DNA of 64,000 nucleotides from Bacillota bacterium (GCA_022706785.1 JAKJBW010000007.1:25599-89598); one strand, 5' to 3'; shown: positions 29,622 to 36,938, numbered from the stretch's first letter. Notes: generated by a model from the letters alone, not told the origin. Numbers and translations: made by a program.

Positions 29622-30875
29622 ATGAAAAACAAAAAATTACTTGCTATGATGGCAAAACGAAACGAACTGAAAACACAGGCACAGAGACTGCTTGACGCGG
29701 CACAAAAAGTGGGACGCCCGCTCACTAACGCAGAGCGCGAAACGCTGGAGGGGCTGAAAGTTAAAATCGAGCAATGGGACGACACTATCAAGGAAATGGT
29801 AACTCTTTGGGAGGATGGCACACCGAGCGGCGCGCCAAATGGTGGTAACTCCCGTAAATTCACCAGCTTTGGCGAACAACTCCACGCGATATATAACGCC
29901 GCCAAGCCGGAGCGTTCCGCAATGGACGCGCGGTTGTTTAACGGGGCGAGCGGCGCGGGCGAAAGTGTTCCTTCGGACGGTGGGTTTTTAGTGCAGAGCG
30001 ATTTTGCGGCAGGACTTTTAAAGCTAACGTATGAAACAGGAATACTCGCGGCGAGATGTAAAAAAATACCGATTTCAAGCGGCGCGAATGGAGTAAAAAT
30101 CAACGCGCTGGACGACGACTCCCGCGACAACGGGGCAAGGTGGGGCGGCATACAAGCCTTTTGGACTGGCGAGGCGGACGAGTTGACTGCCTCAAAGCCG
30201 AAATTCCGTCGAATGGAATTAACGCTGAAAAAGCTAGCAGGCTTATGCTACACCACCGATGAACTTTTAAGCGACACGATGGCGCTTGAAAGTGTAATCG
30301 CGCAGGGCTTTGCCGAGGAATTTGGGTTCAAAATGGACGACGTTATACTGAACGGCACGGGGACGAACCAGCCGCTCGGCATTCTCAAAAGTAACGGTCT
30401 GGTAACGGTGGCGAAAGAAACCGACCAAGCGGACAAAATCACAGTTGATAATATAACAAAAATGTGGGCGCGATGCTGGGGACGGAGCCGTAACAATTCG
30501 GCGTGGTACATAAACCAAGAATTAGAACCGTACCTTTATGCGCTAAAAATCGGCGACGCGCCCGTGTATATTCCCGCAGGCGGGCTTTCCGCGTCGCCGT
30601 ACGGCTCAATATTTGGTCGCCCAGTAATTCCGATTGAGCAATGCCCGGGGGTGGGCGAGAAGGGCGATATTATCCTTGCCGACTTGTCGCAATATCTACT
30701 TGTTGACAAGGGCGGAATTAACGCTGCGTCGTCAATTCACGTTAGGTTTTTGTATGACGAAAACGTGTTTAGATTTACCTATCGCGTGGATGGTCAGCCG
30801 ATTTGGAACGCACCTATCACTCCGTACAAGGGCGCGGGTACATTGTCGCCGTTTGTAACGCTGGCGGCAAGGTAG
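29622..30875 (+). CDS. Phage major capsid protein, HK97 family
   Basis: 417 aa. AAGGAGG SD. N-terminal coiled-coil delta-like region (LTNAERETLEGLKVKIEQW). Typical HK97-family body (GGFLVQSDFA, LAGLCYTTDELL, TNQPLGIL). Confidence 0.8.
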   Translation: MKNKKLLAMMAKRNELKTQAQRLLDAAQKVGRPLTNAERETLEGLKVKIEQWDDTIKEMVTLWEDGTPSGAPNGGNSRKFTSFGEQLHAIYNAAKPERSAMDARLFNGASGAGESVPSDGGFLVQSDFAAGLLKLTYETGILAARCKKIPISSGANGVKINALDDDSRDNGARWGGIQAFWTGEADELTASKPKFRRMELTLKKLAGLCYTTDELLSDTMALESVIAQGFAEEFGFKMDDVILNGTGTNQPLGILKSNGLVTVAKETDQADKITVDNITKMWARCWGRSRNNSAWYINQELEPYLYALKIGDAPVYIPAGGLSASPYGSIFGRPVIPIEQCPGVGEKGDIILADLSQYLLVDKGGINAASSIHVRFLYDENVFRFTYRVDGQPIWNAPITPYKGAGTLSPFVTLAAR

Positions 30876-31041
30876 AATTATGGCTGAAAAAGCTGGCGGA
30901 GGACAGCAACGCCTACTGGCTCGCGTGGAAAACCGTGGTGTTTTTGCGGAGTAAGGGCGTATAAATTTTTCTAAACAATCACAATGTCCCCTTGATGTAA
31001 TATAGTGACAATGCTAACATCAACGGCGAAAGGAGCGGATT

Positions 31042-31455
31042 ATGATGAACGATAAACAAAAAGCTACAATTTATGAATTAAGACAGCAGGGATTGGTGTA
31101 TAGGCGAATAGCGGCGCGGCTTGGTATATCCGCGAATACGGTAAAAGGGTTTATTTATCGTAAGGGAATTACTTCGCAAGCTGCTGCAAAGACAAAATCG
31201 GAGGGTTGCTGCCCGCAATGTGGCGCGGATATATCTCTTGTAAAAGAGCGCAAGAGCCGGAAATTCTGTTCCGACGCCTGCCGCCATGCTTGGTGGAAAG
31301 CGCACGAGCATATAATAGACCGCCGCGCTTGGTATTCCTGTGTTTGCGCCGGGTGCGGTAAGGCTTTCAAAAGTTACGGCAACAACAAACGAAAATACTG
31401 CGATCACGCTTGCTATATTTCCGATCGCTATAAAAAGGAGGTTGTGGCACAATGA
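31042..31455 (+). CDS. Sigma-region-4-like HTH protein with a C-terminal Cys-rich zinc-ribbon region
   Basis: 137 aa. IYELRQQGLVYRRIAARLGISANTVKGFIYRK, then CPQCG...CSDAC...CAGCG...CDHAC. Confidence 0.55.
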   Translation: MMNDKQKATIYELRQQGLVYRRIAARLGISANTVKGFIYRKGITSQAAAKTKSEGCCPQCGADISLVKERKSRKFCSDACRHAWWKAHEHIIDRRAWYSCVCAGCGKAFKSYGNNKRKYCDHACYISDRYKKEVVAQ

Positions 31456-31604
31456 CCGAGGCGCATTTTGACCGCGAGGCGTCCTTTCGGGTGGCGATTA
31501 TCGCCGCTCGTGAAATGTTAAAAAACAACGTAATATCTGCCGCCGATTATTCAAAAATCGCGGCTTTTTTTATGAAAAAATATAAACCTTTTTTCGTGGA
31601 ATAA
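31452..31604 (+). CDS. Small hypothetical protein (50 aa)
   Basis: ATGA overlap with the preceding stop. MTEAHFDREASFRVAIIAAREMLKNNVISAADYSKIAAFF... Not in the ORF track (under 60 aa). Confidence 0.35.
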   Translation: MTEAHFDREASFRVAIIAAREMLKNNVISAADYSKIAAFFMKKYKPFFVE

Positions 31605-31676
31605 TGCTGAAAAACCTTGATTTCCACAGTGTTTGAGAGTAAGCTGTCAACACTAAGGAAGGGGGTGTTTAGCAAT

Positions 31677-32990
31677 ATGGAACGAATAATAACGCAAGTA
31701 ACGCCGCAGGCAATACACCTTGCGGCACCACAATCAAAGCGTGTAGCCGCCTATGCGAGAGTATCGAGCGGCAAGGACGCAATGCTGCACAGCCTGTCGG
31801 CACAAGTAAGCCATTACAGCGGATATATCCAAAGGCAACGCGGCTGGCAGTATGTGGGCGTATATGTGGATGAAGCCGTTACCGGGACAAAGGATTCACG
31901 GGCGGGATTCAAAGAAATGATCGGGGATTGCCGTGCCGGGAAGGTTGATATGATTATAACCAAATCAATCACACGCTTTGCGCGAAATACGGTTACTCTT
32001 TTGAATACCGTCCGCGAATTAAAGCTGCTGGGAATTGACATATTTTTTGAAAAAGAAAATATCCACTCAATGAGCGGGGATGGTGAGATTATGCTTACCA
32101 TCCTCGCTTCATACGCGCAGGAAGAAAGCCGGAGCGTTTCGGAAAATTGCAAATGGCGCATAAGAAAACGGTTTGAAAAAGGCGAGCTTGTGAACTTGCG
32201 GTTTTTGTATGGTTACGATATTAAAAAGAGCGTAATCGAAATTGACCCGGAGCAGGCGGAAATCGTCCGCGTGATTTTTGACGACTATATCGGCGGCATG
32301 GGCGGAGTGTTAATTGCACAAAAGCTAAATGAGGCGGGTATTCCGTCATTTTTCGGCGCACGCTGGAGCGCATCCCGTATTCTTGACATTATCAAAAACG
32401 AGAAGTACATCGGCGATTCGCTGGGACAAAAATCCTTTGTTGCCGACCACTTGACAAAGAAAACCGTCCGTAATATTGGGCAATTACCGCAATATTACGC
32501 CGAGAATGTACTCCCTGCCATTATCGACGCGGCGACCTTCGAGGCGGCGCAGGACGTTATGGCGGGGCGGCGGGAGCATTTCAACGCCAAAGACACCAGC
32601 GCGAACCGTTACCCGCTCACGGGGAAAATCCTGTGCGGGAATTGCGGAAAAAAATTCAAGCGCAAAAAAGGCGTCGGGTGTTTCTATTGGCAATGTTCCA
32701 CCTTTTTACAGGATGGCAAGGCGTACTGCCCCGCCAAGCAAATACCCGAAGGGACGCTGTACGCGGCAACTGCCGAGGCATTAGGACTGGCGGAATTTGA
32801 CGCGGCTGTATTTGCGGAGCATATCGCGGAAATACGGGTGCCGGAGCATAACAAGCTGGTATTTGTATTTTATGACGGACGGACGTTGGAGCGCGAATGG
32901 CAAGACCGCTCCCGGCGCGAAAGCTGGACGGAGAAAATGCGGCAAGCTGCGCGGGAACACGCGCTCAGAGGACAAAGAAAATTAGATTAG
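31677..32990 (+). CDS. Large serine recombinase 1
   Basis: Start at ATG 31677 (AAGGAAGGGGG SD). VAAYARVSSGKD catalytic-Ser motif, ITKSITRFARNT, recombinase domain, Cys4 zinc ribbon CGNCGKKF...CSTF. Confidence 0.85.
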   Translation: MERIITQVTPQAIHLAAPQSKRVAAYARVSSGKDAMLHSLSAQVSHYSGYIQRQRGWQYVGVYVDEAVTGTKDSRAGFKEMIGDCRAGKVDMIITKSITRFARNTVTLLNTVRELKLLGIDIFFEKENIHSMSGDGEIMLTILASYAQEESRSVSENCKWRIRKRFEKGELVNLRFLYGYDIKKSVIEIDPEQAEIVRVIFDDYIGGMGGVLIAQKLNEAGIPSFFGARWSASRILDIIKNEKYIGDSLGQKSFVADHLTKKTVRNIGQLPQYYAENVLPAIIDAATFEAAQDVMAGRREHFNAKDTSANRYPLTGKILCGNCGKKFKRKKGVGCFYWQCSTFLQDGKAYCPAKQIPEGTLYAATAEALGLAEFDAAVFAEHIAEIRVPEHNKLVFVFYDGRTLEREWQDRSRRESWTEKMRQAAREHALRGQRKLD

Positions 32991-33003
32991 GGGGTTTTGA
33001 CTT

Positions 33004-34614
33004 ATGCCAGCAAAAACGGCAACAATAGAAAAACGGGTACGGTATATTCCCGCCGTGGATAATCTCGCGCGGGTGCCGTTCAGTACGGAGTACGTCAAAA
33101 GACGCACGGCTGCTTATGCCCGCGTATCTACCGACGAGGAAGAACAGCTAAACAGCTATGAGGCGCAAGTTCAGTATTATACTGAATATATACAGTCAAA
33201 CGACGAATGGGAATTTGCGGGTATGTACGCGGATAAAGACCGCTCCGGCACCACAACTAAACGCCGGGATGATTTTAACCGTATGATAAAGGACGCGCAG
33301 GAGGGCAAAATTGATTTTATTATTACAAAGTCCGTTTCCCGGTTTGCCCGGAATACGGTTGACACTTTAACGACGGTGCGGCAATTAAAGGAAAAAGGCG
33401 TCGAGGTGTATTTTGAAAAAGAGAATATTTACACGCTGGATAGTAAGGGCGAGCTTCTTATAACTATTATGTCGAGCCTCGCCCAAGAGGAAAGCCGCTC
33501 CATATCCGAAAATGTGACGTGGGGGCAGCGTAAGCGCATGGCGGACGGAAAAGTGAGCCTGCCTTACAAACAATTCCTCGGATATGAAAAGGGCAAGGAC
33601 GGTTTGCCGAAAATTGTGGACGCCGAAGCGAAAATAGTGCGGCGCATTTACCGCCTGTTTCTATACGGCAAAGCCCCTGCTACAATCGCCGCCTTACTAA
33701 CGGTGGACGGCATACCTACTCCGTCCGGCAAGCAGGAATGGCGGGCGCAGACGGTTATTAGTATTCTTACAAACGAGAAATACAAGGGCGACGCGCTATT
33801 GCAGAAAAGCTACACGGTGGATTTCCTTACCAAGAAAAAGAAGGTAAACGAGGGCGAGGTTCCGCAATACTACGTCGAACAAAGCCATCCCGCTATTATC
33901 GAGCGGGAAATATTTGACCTCGTACAACAAGAATGGAAACAGCGCAAAGCGTCCGGCAAACAGTCAAGCTCGGTTCATCCATTTTCGGGTAGAATATTCT
34001 GCGGCGACTGCGGCGACGGGTACGGCTCTAAAATATGGCACAGTAACAGCAAATACCGCCGCGAGGTGTGGTCTTGCAACGGCAAGCACTATGGCGGCAA
34101 AAAGTGCCAAACACCACGCCTAACCAACGAAGAAATACAAACGGCGTTCGTAAACGCCTTTAACGGCTTGATAGACCACAAAACCGAGATAATGAAAGCA
34201 TACGGGGAAATATGCGGCATATTGACCGACACCGCCGCTATTGACGCCGAACGCGAGGAATTGCAGCGGGAATGCGACGTTGTAATGGAATTACTCCGAA
34301 AATGTATTGAAGAAAACGCGCATACCTCGCTTAATCAGGACGAATACCGCCAGCGGTACGAGGGTTATACGGCGCGGTTTGAAACCGCCCGGAACAAGCT
34401 GGTGGAGCTTGACGCCGAACGGCTGGCGCGTATCGCCAAACGCGCAAATATCACGCTGTTTTTGGAAACGCTGGAACAGCGCGACGGGCTTATATCCGCC
34501 TTTGACGAGGAACTATGGTACATTACCGTGGAAAATGTAAAGGTGTACGACGGTAAGCGGCTGATATTTACCTTCAAGAACGGCGTAACGGTGGAAGTAC
34601 CCTCTACGAAGTAA
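33004..34614 (+). CDS. Large serine recombinase 2
   Basis: 536 aa. AAYARVSTDEEEQ, ITKSVSRFARNT, zinc ribbon CGDCGDGY...CNGKH, C-terminal coiled coil. Confidence 0.9.
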   Translation: MPAKTATIEKRVRYIPAVDNLARVPFSTEYVKRRTAAYARVSTDEEEQLNSYEAQVQYYTEYIQSNDEWEFAGMYADKDRSGTTTKRRDDFNRMIKDAQEGKIDFIITKSVSRFARNTVDTLTTVRQLKEKGVEVYFEKENIYTLDSKGELLITIMSSLAQEESRSISENVTWGQRKRMADGKVSLPYKQFLGYEKGKDGLPKIVDAEAKIVRRIYRLFLYGKAPATIAALLTVDGIPTPSGKQEWRAQTVISILTNEKYKGDALLQKSYTVDFLTKKKKVNEGEVPQYYVEQSHPAIIEREIFDLVQQEWKQRKASGKQSSSVHPFSGRIFCGDCGDGYGSKIWHSNSKYRREVWSCNGKHYGGKKCQTPRLTNEEIQTAFVNAFNGLIDHKTEIMKAYGEICGILTDTAAIDAEREELQRECDVVMELLRKCIEENAHTSLNQDEYRQRYEGYTARFETARNKLVELDAERLARIAKRANITLFLETLEQRDGLISAFDEELWYITVENVKVYDGKRLIFTFKNGVTVEVPSTK

Positions 34615-34623
34615 CCTCATATT

Positions 34624-34667
34624 CCCGCCCGTGGGTTCGTCCGAGCCTGCGGGCTTATTTTTGTTTT
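34624..34667 (+). terminator. Terminator after the recombinase genes
   Basis: cccgc...gcggg hairpin followed by CTTATTTTTGTTTT. Confidence 0.5.
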
Positions 34668-34705
34668 GGGGCTTAAGTGTTTTAAGGAAATTATTACAAA
34701 AAACA

Positions 34706-34734
34706 TTGAAAATTGCATAAATATGTGTTATAAT
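34706..34734 (+). promoter_or_regulatory. Strong sigma-A promoter heading the RT cassette
   Basis: TTGAAA, 17 nt, TGtTATAAT (extended -10). Confidence 0.55.
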
Positions 34735-34948
34735 AATTTTACCAGTGTAGAAATAGTCAGATTCACTCCCATTTGGCTCACATTTATTGTGGGCGGCGTT
34801 GTGCCTCAAGGCATGAACGCATTTTTCTCCGGCGCACGCTCTCTCATGTTGTTTTAACACTTGCTAACACTAACGTGTTATGCAGTAGTGATGACAGTGT
34901 GATGATGTGTATGTGTATAAGATAAATCAATTTTATCGGGAGTTAGAT

Positions 34949-35256
34949 TGTGCTGGTGTTATCGGTATACGGCTATTATCTCTTTGTTATTAGAGGGTGC
35001 GGGAGACCCTCGACCGTTTTGGTTAGGGGCCAATAATAACAAGGAGGTGAAAACATCGTGAAGAAAGCGGATAGGCCTAATGTTACCATTAATATTTTTA
35101 ATGGTAACAAGATTTCTCTTGATGGCAAGTCATTGCTGCTAATTATAGTAGTAATTGTATGCCTAACACTGGTTGTATCGTTACGTAGTCCCGAACTGCA
35201 AGCTAATGTTGTCCGCTGGTTAATTAGCTTAGCAGAGAACTACTAACACCAGCACA
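34949..35256 (+). ncRNA. Candidate retron msr-msd-like structured RNA closed by a1/a2-like inverted repeats
   Basis: 13-bp perfect IR: tgtgctggtgtta at 34949-34961 and taacaccagcaca at 35244-35256. Several internal hairpins. Lies directly upstream of the RT. Boundaries are inferred. Confidence 0.4.
35058..35246 (+). CDS. 62-aa predicted single-pass membrane peptide; may instead be non-coding
   Basis: AAGGAGGTGA SD 7 nt before GTG. Hydrophobic core LLLIIVVIVCLTLVV. However, it lies wholly inside the a1/a2 bracket and contains a perfect 12-bp hairpin. Confidence 0.4.
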   Translation: MKKADRPNVTINIFNGNKISLDGKSLLLIIVVIVCLTLVVSLRSPELQANVVRWLISLAENY

Positions 35257-35280
35257 CTAAAATAATGAGGTGTATGCCTT

Positions 35281-36240
35281 TTGATATATAATAATTGTAA
35301 GCTATATCAGTTACAATCAAAAAGAGTATTGAAATATCTGTTGGGGATTACGGATACAAAAATGTTTAATCAAGCATACGTGGCGTCTTTAATAAAGCCT
35401 TATATTGACTCCAACGGAAAGCCGCGTATTATTGAACCACCTTCTTATGGGTTAAAACAAATACAGGCACGAATCAAAAAACTTCTTTATGCGGTTGTGG
35501 TACCAGAAAATGTGTTTTCCGGTATTAAAGGCAGATCATATGCCCAAAACGCAGAAATTCACAAAGGAAATAACTATACATATAAAATAGATTTAACAGC
35601 TTTCTTTCCGAGTATTTCACGAGAAAAAGTTTATGCCTTTTTCAAAAATGAAATGCAAACCGCTCCAGACATAGCGGAGTTTTTGACGAATGTTACAACG
35701 GTAAACATAGATTTATCTGACGTTCAAAACATAGATGATATAAATAAATTTCTTGCAGATAAGAAAATTAAAACTCGCAACCACCTCATATCGGGTTCAC
35801 CGACAAGTCAAATATTATCATATATGGTCAATCATAAGATGTTTAATGAACTTCAAGATTTGGCAAGTAAGAATCAAGCTGTTATGACAATATATGTGGA
35901 TGATGTGGTGTTCTCTTCTAAAAACAAAATATCCAGTGACTTTAAATATGCCATTAACGCAATTGTTAAAAAACATGAGTATAAAATATCAAAGCATAAG
36001 GTTAAAGGGTATTCCAAAAATTATCCTAAACTGATAACAGGGGCAATTATTGATAAAAATGGAAATATGAGAGTCAAAAACTCATTAAGATATAAAATTA
36101 TTATGGCATTTAACGAATCTTTAAAAAATCCTGATGATCTAGAAATTAGAAAACGACTAAGAGGACTTGTTACAGCAGCAAGGCAGGTTGAGCCAAATGC
36201 ATATCCAGAGATACGAAAATATGCATTTAAAAAATTATAA
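35281..36240 (+). CDS. Retron-type reverse transcriptase
   Basis: 319 aa. TTG start with GAGGTG SD 8 nt upstream. PRIIEPPSYGLKQIQ, GRSYAQNAEIH (NAxxH), IDLTAFFPSI, ISGSPTSQILS, IYVDDVVFS (YxDD), LITGAII (xTG). Confidence 0.8.
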   Translation: MIYNNCKLYQLQSKRVLKYLLGITDTKMFNQAYVASLIKPYIDSNGKPRIIEPPSYGLKQIQARIKKLLYAVVVPENVFSGIKGRSYAQNAEIHKGNNYTYKIDLTAFFPSISREKVYAFFKNEMQTAPDIAEFLTNVTTVNIDLSDVQNIDDINKFLADKKIKTRNHLISGSPTSQILSYMVNHKMFNELQDLASKNQAVMTIYVDDVVFSSKNKISSDFKYAINAIVKKHEYKISKHKVKGYSKNYPKLITGAIIDKNGNMRVKNSLRYKIIMAFNESLKNPDDLEIRKRLRGLVTAARQVEPNAYPEIRKYAFKKL

Positions 36241-36313
36241 ATACAGCAGTTATTTTTTAATATGTAACGCTCTTTGTTGTATGCAGTAATTTTTTTTTGG
36301 GGGGGGTGATGCA

Positions 36314-36895
36314 ATGGAAAAAGGGGATAATCGCGCAAGGTTCAATGAAGTAAGGAAAATGCTTTTTGCAGAGAATATTGATACCAAAAAACCTTGTATA
36401 TTTCTGTCACATAGGAGTTTAGATAAAGAAATGGTAAGAACAATAGCGGATTATATTGCCGAGCAAGGTATAGATTATTATTTAGACGAGGAAGATCCTG
36501 CCCTACAAGAAGCCGATAAAAATGAGGATGACCAAGCAACTGTTGATTGTATAAAAGAAGGCATTGGATTATCTTCGCACATATTATGTGTTTTATCTTA
36601 TAATACAGTCAGTTCCTGGTGGGTTCCTTTTGAAGTGGGATATGCAGATTGTTTAAAAAAGAAAGTGGCATCTTTAAAAATAAAAGATTTATCTGATAAA
36701 GAGATACCTGCATTTCTGAGAATCTATGAATGCCTTGCCGGAATTAAAGAGTTTAACAAATACCTTGTAGGAATATCAGATCCATACGGTGGACTTTTCT
36801 CAAAGTACAATAAGCAACAGAATGGAACGACTTCTCCTTCTGTTGAGATAGCATACACTCAAAATCACCCACTATATGATACGCTTGATGAATAG
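36314..36895 (+). CDS. TIR-like (TIR/NDT-superfamily) effector protein
   Basis: 193 aa. CIFLSHRSLDKEMVRTIADYIAEQGIDYYLDE and ILCVLSYNTVSSWWVPFEVGYA match the TIR_2-style pattern (FxSH..D ... S.W...E). Assigned from motifs only. Confidence 0.6.
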   Translation: MEKGDNRARFNEVRKMLFAENIDTKKPCIFLSHRSLDKEMVRTIADYIAEQGIDYYLDEEDPALQEADKNEDDQATVDCIKEGIGLSSHILCVLSYNTVSSWWVPFEVGYADCLKKKVASLKIKDLSDKEIPAFLRIYECLAGIKEFNKYLVGISDPYGGLFSKYNKQQNGTTSPSVEIAYTQNHPLYDTLDE

Positions 36896-36938
36896 GTATA
36901 ATTAAATTAGTCTTCATCTATTTATATTACCGGGGAAA

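Noticed and set aside
34666-34857. 63-aa plus-strand ORF, and the 115-aa minus-strand ORF 34513-34860.
   Set aside because: They overlap the promoter and terminator-like hairpin preceding the RT cassette, and have no SD. Regarded as chance ORFs.
34871-34887. Gapped motif TAACG..TGTT..ATGCAGTA shared by 34871-34887 (before the ncRNA) and 36265-36288 (before the TIR-like gene).
   Set aside because: The match is short and gapped in AT-rich sequence, and cannot be separated from chance without homologous loci.
35281-36240. Alternative identities for the RT: group II intron maturase, DGR RT, or an AbiA/AbiK-type RT.
   Set aside because: At 319 aa it has no maturase/X or endonuclease domain, and no intron-like RNA domains were noticed. 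I saw no template/variable repeat pair in the flanks. Abi-type RTs are much larger. The NAxxH and xTG motifs favour a retron-type RT. This remains to be confirmed by HMM and phylogeny.
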